Made by a program: the position numbers and the translations under genes
Shown here: piece by piece, positions 17,335-26,279 of the stretch
Position numbering within the stretch: position 1 is the first letter of the stretch
Layout of the letters: every line of letters begins with the position of its first letter
The notes under the pieces: generated by a model
What the model saw: the letters and a program-made list of their open reading frames with translations, nothing else
Databases searched by the model: none
What the model was told of the DNA's origin: nothing
Assembly: GCA_964400745.1 (NCBI GenBank)
Contig: CAYNVY010000003.1
Coordinates: forward strand, 865-64,864
DNA: 64,000 nt
Source: an uncultured Enterobacteriaceae bacterium
GTDB taxonomy: Bacteria; Pseudomonadota; Gammaproteobacteria; Burkholderiales; SG8-39
Direction of reading: 5' to 3'

Positions 17335-18327
17335 ATGGCTGCTAACGTCGACCTCGCCAAACCGCCAGGCAAACCCCTTATTTCCGGATATTGGCTCGCG
17401 GCGCTTGGCATCGCTTTGCTGGCCCTCTTTCCGCTGGTGGTGCGCGATCCGTACTGGCTGCACCTAATCATTCTGTCGATGATGTGGGCTGCCCTGGCCA
17501 CTAGCTGGAACCTGCTCTGCGGCTACGCCGGCATCTTCAACATGGGCCAGCAGGCTTTCTTCGGCTTGGGGGCCTATGTGTCCGCCCTGCTCGCCATGAA
17601 TGCTGGTGTCTCGCCCTGGCTGGGCCTCTGGATAGGCGGCGCCGCCGCGGCAGCCATCTCTCTGGTCATCGCCATCCCGACGCTGCGCCTGCGGGCGGCA
17701 CCCTACGTCGCGATAGCGACCTTGGGCTTCGCCGAAGTCTCCCGCATCGTGGCGCAGAACCTGGTGGACCTGACCCGCGGCGAACTGGGACTGAACGGCA
17801 TCCCCGGGATGCCCGCGATCAAGCTGGGCGCGCTCACCATCAATTTCTATGAACGCCAACCCTTCTACTACCTGATGCTGGTTTTGTTCGTCGCCATCGT
17901 GCTCATCGTCTACAAGCTGATTCACTCCCCGTTCGGCATGGCGCTCAAGTCGATCCGCGAATCGCCAGACGCGGCGCAGGCCCTGGGCGTGAACATCGTC
18001 CGCTTCAAGATCGTGGTGTTTGCGATCAGTGCCGCCATGGCCGGCGTGGTCGGCGCCTTCTACGCGCACTACATCCAGGTGCTCACCCCGTCCTCCGCGC
18101 TGGCCTTGCCGCTCATGGTGGAGCTCATCGCCATCACGCTGATCGGGGGCCTCGGCACCATCATCGGGCCGGTGATCGGCGCATTCGTTTTGACCATCGG
18201 TCTGGAGTACCTGCGCTTTCTCGGCGACTACCGGATGCTGCTTTACGGCCTGGCCATGGTGCCCCTGATCATGTTCACCCCCGAGGGCCTGGTCAAGCGC
18301 ATCCTGCCCAAGCGCCTGACCTCGTAA
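17335..18327 (+). CDS. ABC transporter permease (LivM-like)
   Basis: 330 aa, polytopic, with the motif NLLCGYAGIFNMGQQAFFGLGAY typical of LivM-type permeases. Confidence 0.8.
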   Translation: MAANVDLAKPPGKPLISGYWLAALGIALLALFPLVVRDPYWLHLIILSMMWAALATSWNLLCGYAGIFNMGQQAFFGLGAYVSALLAMNAGVSPWLGLWIGGAAAAAISLVIAIPTLRLRAAPYVAIATLGFAEVSRIVAQNLVDLTRGELGLNGIPGMPAIKLGALTINFYERQPFYYLMLVLFVAIVLIVYKLIHSPFGMALKSIRESPDAAQALGVNIVRFKIVVFAISAAMAGVVGAFYAHYIQVLTPSSALALPLMVELIAITLIGGLGTIIGPVIGAFVLTIGLEYLRFLGDYRMLLYGLAMVPLIMFTPEGLVKRILPKRLTS

Positions 18328-18347
18328 CCAACGAAAGAGGAATCCTC

Positions 18348-19634
18348 ATGTCCGAGTTGCTGAAAAGAATCTACGACACCATCGACGATCAGTTCGACGA
18401 TCAGCTCAATTACTTGCAGGATCTGGTGCGCCAGCCCAGCATGCTCGGCAACGAGGCGGCGGAGCGCGCGGTGCAGGAGGTCACCCAGTACAAATTCCAC
18501 CAGATGAATCTGGAAGTGACGCCGGTCATCGCCGATCACAGCCAGATGGCACAGCTGCCGGGCTATTCTCCGGTCGAATGGTCCTTCCGCAATCGCCCCC
18601 TCGGCATGGTCGGGGTATGGAAGTCCCGCAGCGGCGGCGGCAGGAGTCTGGTGCTCAATGGCCATGTGGACGTGGTGGACGTGACCCCGCTGCGCCAGTG
18701 GCAGCGCGACCCCTTCGGCGCGCAGTTGGAGGGCGAACGCATGTACGGCCGCGGCGCCGCCGACATGAAAGGGGGCGTCTCGGCGCTGGTCTATGCGACC
18801 AAGGCTTTGCAGAAAGCCCGCGTCGAATTGAAAGGCGATCTGATCCTGCAGACCGTCCTCGAAGAAGAGGGGACCGGCAACGGGGCGCTCGCCTGCCTGG
18901 CTCGCGGCTTCGTCGGCGACGCCTGCCTGATTCCCGAGCCGTTTGCGCAGACGATACTCACCGCCCAGGTGGGTGTGCTCTGGATGCGGGCGGACGTGTT
19001 CGGTTCCGCCGGTCATACCCGGGGTGCCAGCACCATGGTGAATGCCATCGACAAGGCCTATCAGCTCGTCGCCGCCATGCGCGAGCTCGAAGTTCAGTGG
19101 AACGAGGAGCGGCATCCGGCCTTTGCCGGGCACCCGCACCCGCTGAACTTCAACCTCGGCCTAATCAACGGAGGTAACTGGCCCTCCAGCGTGCCGGCCC
19201 ACTGCGAATTTACGATGCGTCTATCCATGTACCCGGGCGTCGATCCCGATGATGCGAAGCGGCGAGCCCAGGCGCACATCGACCGGTTTTGCGCCACCGA
19301 TCCCTGGCTGAAGGCAAATCCGCCGGAAATCACCTGGTACGGCCACCACGACTGGGGCATCTACGAACCAAACCCGAAGCAGAACGCGCTGATGCAGTCG
19401 ATCACCCGCGCGCATACCGACGTGACCGGCACGCCCATCGAGTACCACAATTCCACCGCCTGCACCGATGTGCGCTTCTGGACCGAGCACTGGCACAAGC
19501 CGTCCACTTGTTACGGGCCATCGGGCGAACAACTTCACGCCGCCAACGAATGGGTGAACCTGAAGAGCGTGCGCGAGACGACGAAGGTCATCGCCGCCAC
19601 GGCCATCGACTGGTGCGGTGTCGCCGGAAAGTAG
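18348..19634 (+). CDS. M20 family metallopeptidase (ArgE/DapE/acetylornithine deacetylase-like)
   Basis: 428 aa with LNGHVDVVDV and GRGAADMKGG, motifs typical of M20 dimetal hydrolases. Confidence 0.75.
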   Translation: MSELLKRIYDTIDDQFDDQLNYLQDLVRQPSMLGNEAAERAVQEVTQYKFHQMNLEVTPVIADHSQMAQLPGYSPVEWSFRNRPLGMVGVWKSRSGGGRSLVLNGHVDVVDVTPLRQWQRDPFGAQLEGERMYGRGAADMKGGVSALVYATKALQKARVELKGDLILQTVLEEEGTGNGALACLARGFVGDACLIPEPFAQTILTAQVGVLWMRADVFGSAGHTRGASTMVNAIDKAYQLVAAMRELEVQWNEERHPAFAGHPHPLNFNLGLINGGNWPSSVPAHCEFTMRLSMYPGVDPDDAKRRAQAHIDRFCATDPWLKANPPEITWYGHHDWGIYEPNPKQNALMQSITRAHTDVTGTPIEYHNSTACTDVRFWTEHWHKPSTCYGPSGEQLHAANEWVNLKSVRETTKVIAATAIDWCGVAGK

Positions 19635-19684
19635 GGACAGGCTTCAAAGGCCGGAAACAGAGGAAGCTCTCACTCCGTGACACG

Positions 19685-21337
19685 ATGACAGCTACCTACA
19701 AGTACTCGGCCTGCGCCCGGGATGGTATGGTGGTCGCGGCGCATCCCCTGGCGGCCGCCGCAGGGATCGCGATGCTGGGCCGGGGCGGCAATGCGGTCGA
19801 TGCCGCGGTCGCCACCTTGCTCGCGCTCTCCGTCGTGGAACCTTTCATGTCGAGCGTCTTCGGCGCCGGCTTCATGCTGATCCGGCTGCCTAGCGGCGAG
19901 ACGATTGCGCTCGACAATTACGCCGTCGCTCCGGGCGCTGCGCGCCCCGACATGTACGCCCCGCTGCCGTCGGCAGGGGGTTTGTACAATGCGGTAGCGT
20001 CGAAGAACGACATCGGCCATCTGGCGGTCGCAGTGCCCGGCGCCCTGGCTGGTTACGCGACGGCCCAGCAGCGCCACGGGCGCCTGCCCTGGGCCACCGT
20101 GCTCGGACCCGCGATTGCGCTTGCGACCGATGGTTACCCTGCGACGCCCTATTTCGCTGACGCGGTCATGACCGAGGCCGAGGCGCTGTCTCGCTATGCC
20201 GATTCGGCGAAGATCTTCTTGCCCGGCGGACAGCCGGTGAAACCGGGTGCCCTCATCCGGCGCGAGGAGTATGCGCAAACGCTGCGCCATCTCGCGGCCG
20301 AGGGCGCGGACGCCTTCTATCGCGGCGAGATCGCCCGAACCGTAGTGGCCGATATGGAGCGCAGCGGAGGCCTGATCACCATGGAAGACCTGGCTGGCTA
20401 CCGGGTTCTGGAGCGTACTCCGATTCGCGGCGGCTATCGCGGCTATGAGATCGTCGCCATGCCTCCGGCGAGTTCCGGCGGCATCGCCTTGGTGGAGATG
20501 CTCAACCTTCTGGAAGACTTCGACCTGCGCGGAGCCGGCTTCGGCTCGACCGAAGGCGTCCATCTTCTGGCCGAGGCGCTGAAAATCGCTTTCACCGACC
20601 GGCGCGCGTATCTGGGCGACCCGGATGCCGCAGGCAATCCGCCGACATGGTTGACCGAGAAGCGCTACGCGGTGACCCGGCGGCCGGAGATTGCGCGGAA
20701 TCGCGCCGGTACGCCCGCGCCCGGGCGGGCGGACGCGCTGGAAGGCAACTGTACCACGCATGTGAGCGCGGCCGATGCCGAAGGCTATGTCGTCTCCACT
20801 ACCCAGACGTTGAATCACCTTTTCGGCTCGCGCGTGACGGTTCCCGGGACCGGGATGCTGTTGAACAATTGCATGCGCCTGTTCGATCCGCGCCCGGGGC
20901 TTCCGAACTCCGTGGGAAAAGGCAAGCGAATGCTCAGCAGCATGACCCCGACGATGGTGTTCAAGGACGGAAAGCCCTTCCTCGCCGTGGGTGCACCCGG
21001 CGGCACGCGCATCATCGCAGCCGTGCTGCAACTCATCGTCAACGTCATCGACCACGGCATGAGCCTGCAGGAGGCGGTCGAGGCCCCGAGAATCCATACG
21101 GGAACCGAGAACGAGGGCCTGCTTATGGAACGTGGCTTTCCGGCCGAGACGCTCGCCGCCCTTGCCGGCATGGGCCATGCTGTCCAGCCGGTGGACATCG
21201 TCGGCGGTGGAATGCAGGCGGTTCTGTTCCGGGACGGTCTGCTCGAAGGCTCGTCCTGCTGGCGCTCGGACGGCGTCGCGCTGGGGCTGAGCGGCGGACG
21301 GACGTCCATCGAGTCGGGGAAAGCTATAACATACTAG
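19685..21337 (+). CDS. ggt: Gamma-glutamyltransferase family protein without an N-terminal signal peptide
   Basis: The ORF 19289-21337 was trimmed to ATG 19685 (MTATYKYSACARDGMVVAAHPLAAAAG...). It carries the autoprocessing Thr context NCTTHVSAAD and GAPGGTRII. Confidence 0.8.
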   Translation: MTATYKYSACARDGMVVAAHPLAAAAGIAMLGRGGNAVDAAVATLLALSVVEPFMSSVFGAGFMLIRLPSGETIALDNYAVAPGAARPDMYAPLPSAGGLYNAVASKNDIGHLAVAVPGALAGYATAQQRHGRLPWATVLGPAIALATDGYPATPYFADAVMTEAEALSRYADSAKIFLPGGQPVKPGALIRREEYAQTLRHLAAEGADAFYRGEIARTVVADMERSGGLITMEDLAGYRVLERTPIRGGYRGYEIVAMPPASSGGIALVEMLNLLEDFDLRGAGFGSTEGVHLLAEALKIAFTDRRAYLGDPDAAGNPPTWLTEKRYAVTRRPEIARNRAGTPAPGRADALEGNCTTHVSAADAEGYVVSTTQTLNHLFGSRVTVPGTGMLLNNCMRLFDPRPGLPNSVGKGKRMLSSMTPTMVFKDGKPFLAVGAPGGTRIIAAVLQLIVNVIDHGMSLQEAVEAPRIHTGTENEGLLMERGFPAETLAALAGMGHAVQPVDIVGGGMQAVLFRDGLLEGSSCWRSDGVALGLSGGRTSIESGKAITY

Positions 21338-21349
21338 TTTTACTCAGCA

Positions 21350-21367
21350 GTCGCCAATATAGGCGAC
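21350..21367 (+). terminator. Weak hairpin after the ggt-like gene (GTCGCC-AATATA-GGCGAC), no U-tract
   Basis: 6-bp perfect stem starting 13 nt after the stop. Confidence 0.25.
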
Positions 21368-21377
21368 AGATGGAGCA

Positions 21378-21632
21378 TTGACAAGAAAAACCATGACTGG
21401 TTGGCCAAGTATCCCAATGTTCAATTTCACTTCGCTCCCACTTCGGCAAGTCGAAAGCACCGGACAATTCGCCGCACTCGCCGGTCTCGCCCTCTTCAGT
21501 CGGGCGACGTTCGAACTGGGGGCGGTAATCTGGCCCAACGGGGCCGATCTCGATCCGGACTGGCTGCACGAGGAGATATCAAAGTTCAGGGAGTGGAAGG
21601 CACCTTGTGCGGTACCGCCGCGAATTGATTAG
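21378..21632 (+). pseudogene. DUF2442-like small ORF, apparently N-terminally truncated remnant
   Basis: The C-terminal half FSRATFELGAVIWPNGADLDPDWLHEEI matches the DUF2442 signature (..W.nG.Dl.Pd.Ly.e). The N-terminal beta-strand region expected in the family is not recognisable. Confidence 0.45.
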
Positions 21633-21724
21633 CGCGCAAGCCGCGCCGTTCGCTCGCCCAATTTGAACTCTTGACACGTTCGCGGGACTCAGTGATGGGA
21701 CTCACTCTACACGGCGATGTCGGA

Positions 21725-21754
21725 TTGCCACCGTTTGGCGCGGCGAGGTACACT
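21725..21754 (+). promoter_or_regulatory. Predicted sigma70 promoter of the decarboxylase gene (-35 TTGCCA, 18-nt spacer, -10 TACACT)
   Basis: TTGCCA 21725-21730 and TACACT 21749-21754. The start codon is at 21809. Confidence 0.35.
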
Positions 21755-21808
21755 CTCGCCCCCACACGCAGTTTTCCAGAAAATCGCATACCGGACAAAA
21801 GAGCCACC

Positions 21809-23056
21809 ATGACAGACAAGACACTCCCATTCGACGAGCGGACCATCCGCGAGATCGTTCGCACTTACCCGACTCCGTTTTACATTTACGATGAATCCGC
21901 GATCCGCGCCAGCGCCCGGAGACTGATCCAGGCATTCGCGTGGTGCACGTTCAAGGAGTACTTTGCGGTCAAAGCGACGCCGAATCCGTACCTGCTGCAG
22001 ATCCTGAGGCAGGAAGGATTGGGTGGCGACTGCTCGAGCCTCCCGGAACTGGAACTTTGCAAGCGAGTCGGAATTGCCGGCGAGAACATCATTTACACAT
22101 CGAACGAGACTCCGGCGAAAGAATACCGCCGGGCCAAGGAACTGGGTGCGTTCATCAACCTCGACGACATCACACACATCCCGTTTTTGGAGCAAAACGT
22201 TGGCTTGCCGGACGCGATTTGCCTGAGGTACAACCCGGGTCCGTTGCGCGAGGGCAACGCCATCATCGGCAAACCGGAAGAAGCGAAGTACGGTTTCACC
22301 CGCGAGCAGCTTACCGAGGGCTATCGGCAGTTGAAGGCGAAGGGGGTGCGCCGCTTCGGGCTGCACACCATGGTGGCGTCGAATGAACTGGACCCGCAGT
22401 TCTTCGTCGAGACGGCGAAAATGCTGTTTGAACTGGCCGTGGAACTTGCCCGCGATCCGGGCGTGAGAATGGAATTCGTCAACCTCGGCGGCGGTATAGG
22501 CATTCCCTACCGCCCGGGCCAGAAAGCGGTCGACCTGGATTTGGTCAGCCGCAGGGTTCAGCAGGCGTATCAGGAAATCGTCGTGCCGGCCGGTTTGCAT
22601 CCGCTGAAGATTTTCATGGAAAACGGCCGCTGCATCACCGGACCCTACGGTTATCTCGTCACCGAGGCGATTCACCACAAGAACACTTACAAACAATACG
22701 TCGGCGTCGATGCCTGCATGGCCAACCTGATGCGGCCCGGCATGTACGGGGCCTATCACCACATCAGCGTTCTCGGAAAAGAGGGCGCGCCCCAGAATCA
22801 CACTTACGACGTGGTCGGTTCCTTGTGCGAGAACAACGACAAATTCGCGATCGACAGGCAGCTTCCCGAAATCAAGGCCGGCGACCTGCTGGCGATCCAC
22901 GACGCCGGAGCGCACGGCTACGCGATGGGATTTCAATACAACGGCAAGCTGCGTAGTGCCGAACTGCTTTTGCGCGAAGACGGCTCTGTCACGCAGATCC
23001 GGCGCGCCGAAACAATGGACGATTACTTCGCGACCCTGGATTTTTCCAAGCTGTAG
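21809..23056 (+). CDS. lysA: Fold-III PLP-dependent decarboxylase, diaminopimelate decarboxylase family
   Basis: Trimmed to ATG 21809 (MTDKTLPFDERTIREIVRTYPTPFYIYDE...). FAVKATPNP holds the PLP lysine; also DCSSLPELELC and VGSLCENNDKF. Assignment within the family (LysA or a related decarboxylase) is uncertain. Confidence 0.65.
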   Translation: MTDKTLPFDERTIREIVRTYPTPFYIYDESAIRASARRLIQAFAWCTFKEYFAVKATPNPYLLQILRQEGLGGDCSSLPELELCKRVGIAGENIIYTSNETPAKEYRRAKELGAFINLDDITHIPFLEQNVGLPDAICLRYNPGPLREGNAIIGKPEEAKYGFTREQLTEGYRQLKAKGVRRFGLHTMVASNELDPQFFVETAKMLFELAVELARDPGVRMEFVNLGGGIGIPYRPGQKAVDLDLVSRRVQQAYQEIVVPAGLHPLKIFMENGRCITGPYGYLVTEAIHHKNTYKQYVGVDACMANLMRPGMYGAYHHISVLGKEGAPQNHTYDVVGSLCENNDKFAIDRQLPEIKAGDLLAIHDAGAHGYAMGFQYNGKLRSAELLLREDGSVTQIRRAETMDDYFATLDFSKL

Positions 23057-23131
23057 GACTGCAACCGGCGTCCGCGGGCTGCTTTCCGGATACGGCCCGG
23101 GGACGGTGTTTCCGGCTATTCGAAGGTTGGC

Positions 23132-24073
23132 CTACGTCTTTGTTCGCACCGCCTGCATCGGCGTCTCGTTGACGCTCAACTGGAACACATCCGGCCGGCT
23201 GTAGTGTCCGGTGACGTCGAAGTCGAACTTGCCGCGGCCGATGTCGTTCAGGTCGAGATCGGCGGTCAATATCGTTTCGCTGCCGAAGTGCGGACCGGCG
23301 AGCACTTGGCCCAGGGGATTGATGATGGCGCTGCCGCCGCGCATCAACACCGCCTCGGGCGTGTCGCCGAGCGACACGCGCAGCGTGTCCGGAAAGTCCT
23401 TCTTGCGCACGAACTGACAGGCGGTGAGGACGAAACAACGGCCTTCGAGCGCGACATGCTGCATCGAGGCGATCCAGGTATCGCGGTCGTCTGCGGTGGG
23501 CGCGCAGTAAAGCGCGACGTTCTTCGAATACATCGCCATGCGCAACATCGGCATGTAATTTTCCCAGCAGATGACCGAGCCGATGCGGCCATAGGGGCTG
23601 TCGACCACAGTCAGGGTCGAGCCGTCGCCGAAGCCCCAGATGACCCGCTCCATCACGGTCGGCATCAGCTTGCGGTGTTTGCCCAGCAGCGAGCCGTCCG
23701 GGCCGAAGAACAGGACGGTGCAATGGCAGGTGCCGCCGTCGCGTTCGATTACGCCGATCACCACGTACGCGCCATGCGCGGCCGCAGCCTCGCCCAGGCG
23801 CTGGGTCTGTGGTCCCGGAACTTCGATGGCGGCTTCGAGATAGAGCCTGAATTCCTCGCGTCCGGCCGGGTCGCGCGACCCGACCACCAGGCCGTAGTTC
23901 GCGCCCTTGGGATAGCCCGGGATGAAAGCTTCGGGGAAAACGATGACTTTGGCGCCCAAAGCGGCCGCCTCGCCGATCAGGCGCACGGCCTTGTCGACGC
24001 AGGCTTCGGTATCGAAAGGTATCGCACCGGCTTGTACTACGGCGGCGCGCACGCTGGTTTCTTGTGCCGACAT
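23132..24073 (-). CDS. Nitrilase (carbon-nitrogen hydrolase superfamily, branch 1)
   Basis: Glu-Lys-Cys triad contexts VIVFPEAFIPGYP, GKHRKLMPT and VICWENYMP. ATG 24073 is preferred over GTG 24082 because GGGAG lies 8 nt upstream. Confidence 0.85.
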   Translation of the reverse strand: MSAQETSVRAAVVQAGAIPFDTEACVDKAVRLIGEAAALGAKVIVFPEAFIPGYPKGANYGLVVGSRDPAGREEFRLYLEAAIEVPGPQTQRLGEAAAAHGAYVVIGVIERDGGTCHCTVLFFGPDGSLLGKHRKLMPTVMERVIWGFGDGSTLTVVDSPYGRIGSVICWENYMPMLRMAMYSKNVALYCAPTADDRDTWIASMQHVALEGRCFVLTACQFVRKKDFPDTLRVSLGDTPEAVLMRGGSAIINPLGQVLAGPHFGSETILTADLDLNDIGRGKFDFDVTGHYSRPDVFQLSVNETPMQAVRTKT

Positions 24074-24107
24074 GTTCTTCACTCCCGAGTTATTGCAGAA
24101 TAGATCT

Positions 24108-25295
24108 CTAGCGCAGCAGCCCGCGCGCCGCCAGATTGCGCATCAGCGCGCCGATCCCGAAAGTCCAGGGCTCGGCTCGATCCGAAGTAGTGACGCGATT
24201 CACCAGGCGGCCCAGTTTCGGCGTCGAAATGCTCACCAGGTCGCCGATCCTGTGGGTGAAGCCCATGCCGGGCGCGCCGCGATCCTTGACCGGCGAAAAC
24301 ATGGTGCCGAGGAACAGCACGAAGCCGTCCGGATACTGGTGATACGGCCCCCAGGCATGGGTGACGATATCGAGCGGATCGCGGCTGATTTTGCTCATGG
24401 AACTCGCGCCTTCGAGCACGAAGCCGTCCGTGCCGGTGATTTCAAGCACCAGTTCCGCCCGACGCACGTCGTCGATGCCGAATTTGTCGTCGAACAGGCG
24501 GATGAACGGGCCGATCGCGCAGGATGCATTGTTGTCCTTGGCTTTTCCCAGCAGCAGGGCGCTGCGGCCCTCGAAGTCGCGCAGATTGACGTCATTGCCC
24601 AGCGTGGCGCCGACAGTCTCGCCAGCGGCGGTAACGGCAAGCACGATCTCGGGTTCCGGGTTGTTCCAGGTAGATTTCGGGTGCAGGCCGACTTCGGCGC
24701 CATGACCGACCGCCGACATCACCTGCGATTTGGTGAAGATCTCCGCGTCCGGGCCTATGCCCACTTCCAGGTACTGCGACCACGCTCCCTGGGCGACCAG
24801 CACGCGCTTGATTTCGTCGGCCTCGGGCGAACCCGGCTTCACCGAAGCGAGATTGTCGCCGATGATGCGCGTCACCTGCGCCCGAATGGCCTCGGCCTTG
24901 GCGGTGTCGCCGCGCGCCTGCTCCTCGATCACGCGTTCCAGCAGGCTTTGCACGAAGGTCACGCCGCTCGCCTTGATGGCATGCAGGTCGTTGGGCGCGA
25001 GCATCCAAGGCCTGTCCGGGCTTCTGCCGTCGCCGCTGTTGGCGAGCAGCGCTTCTATTGTGCCGACCACCTTGCCCGGCGCGGTTCTGGCGATGGCGAT
25101 GCGGTCGGCGCGCGCCAGCAATTGAGCCATTGTCGGCTCGACGGCGGCGAGATCGACCACGTCGCCATTGGGCCGCACGGTGACGGGCGAGGGGCCGGCG
25201 GTCGAGCCCGGCAGCCATGCGCGACCGAGCAGCGCGGCCTCGCGCCAGTCCGTCGGCAGGCTTTCCAGTGTAAGCAGATCGTTGAGCGTGTTCAT
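24108..25295 (-). CDS. Fumarylacetoacetate hydrolase (FAH) family protein, long form
   Basis: 395 aa. The C-terminal half has FAH-fold-like motifs (GNDVNLRDFEGRSALLLGKAKDNNASCAIGP, LFLGTMFSP). Its ATG overlaps the prmB stop (ATGA, 25292-25295). Confidence 0.6.
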   Translation of the reverse strand: MNTLNDLLTLESLPTDWREAALLGRAWLPGSTAGPSPVTVRPNGDVVDLAAVEPTMAQLLARADRIAIARTAPGKVVGTIEALLANSGDGRSPDRPWMLAPNDLHAIKASGVTFVQSLLERVIEEQARGDTAKAEAIRAQVTRIIGDNLASVKPGSPEADEIKRVLVAQGAWSQYLEVGIGPDAEIFTKSQVMSAVGHGAEVGLHPKSTWNNPEPEIVLAVTAAGETVGATLGNDVNLRDFEGRSALLLGKAKDNNASCAIGPFIRLFDDKFGIDDVRRAELVLEITGTDGFVLEGASSMSKISRDPLDIVTHAWGPYHQYPDGFVLFLGTMFSPVKDRGAPGMGFTHRIGDLVSISTPKLGRLVNRVTTSDRAEPWTFGIGALMRNLAARGLLR

Positions 25296-26182
25296 ATGAG
25301 GTCTTCCCTATGGAGCATGAATACGTAGTGTTCACCTGCGCTGGTGTCTAGCCAGGTAAAGGGCAGGCGCGGATAGGCTTTCTCCAGCGCGGTCCGGTTG
25401 TGTCCGATTTCGACGACGAGCACGCCTCCGGGGTTCAGGTGGGCGGAGGCCTGCGCCAGCATGCGGCGCACCAGCGCGAGGCCGTCGCGCCCGCCGGCGA
25501 GCGCCAGGCGAGGCTCGCGCCGGTATTCTTGCGGCAGCGCGCGCATGGCCGCTGCGTTGACATAGGGCGGGTTGGACAAGATGACGTCGTAGCTGAGTCC
25601 TGCCAACCGATCGAACAGGTCGGTCGCGACCAGGCGGATGCGTTTGCCCATGGCGTAGTCTCTTACGTTCCGGCGTGCGACCTGCAAGGCCTCGAGCGAG
25701 AGGTCTGCCGCGTCTATGCGCGCCTTGGGGAAAGCATGCGCGGCGAGCACGGCTAGACAGCCCGAGCCCGTGCACAGGTCGAGCACGCTCGTGACGCGCC
25801 GCGCATCGGCGACCCATGGCGCAAGCGCGTCGCGCAGCAATTCGGCGATGAAAGAGCGCGGCACGATGGCGCGCTCATCTACGTAAAACTTGAACTCGCC
25901 CAACCAGGCTTCGCGGGTCAGATAGGCGGCGGGCGTGCGCTCCCGCACCCGCCGGCGCAGAATAGCCTGCACGGCGCCGAGTTCGCGCGGGCTGAGCGTC
26001 CTGTCGAGCACCGCGTCGAGTTCGCCCAGCGGCAGTTTCAGCGTGTGCAGGATGAGATAGACGGATTCGTCGCGTGCATTGTGCGTGCCGTGGCCGAAGG
26101 CGAGACCGGCGCGCCTGAATTGCGTGACCGCCTCGCGCAGGACTGCGCGCAGGGTCGGAGGGCGCTCTGTCTTCGGTTTCAG
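25292..26182 (-). CDS. prmB: Ribosomal protein uL3 glutamine N5-methyltransferase PrmB; start codon uncertain (no canonical start upstream of the conserved N-terminal domain)
   Basis: SAM motif LDLCTGSGCLAV and NPPY. The N-terminal PrmB domain (TLRAVLREAVTQFRRAGLAFGHGTHNARDESVYLILHTLKLPL) is encoded in frame upstream of the track's GTG 26011. The nearest plausible start is CTG 26182. Confidence 0.7.
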   Translation of the reverse strand: MKPKTERPPTLRAVLREAVTQFRRAGLAFGHGTHNARDESVYLILHTLKLPLGELDAVLDRTLSPRELGAVQAILRRRVRERTPAAYLTREAWLGEFKFYVDERAIVPRSFIAELLRDALAPWVADARRVTSVLDLCTGSGCLAVLAAHAFPKARIDAADLSLEALQVARRNVRDYAMGKRIRLVATDLFDRLAGLSYDVILSNPPYVNAAAMRALPQEYRREPRLALAGGRDGLALVRRMLAQASAHLNPGGVLVVEIGHNRTALEKAYPRLPFTWLDTSAGEHYVFMLHREDLI

Positions 26183-26279
26183 GCGGTTAGCGGCAGGTGT
26201 GCTAGCAACTGCCGGCCGATGGAGTTGAGCGAAAGGTCGAAGCCGGCCACCATGGCCCCGCGAGGGTGGAATGCGTTCA

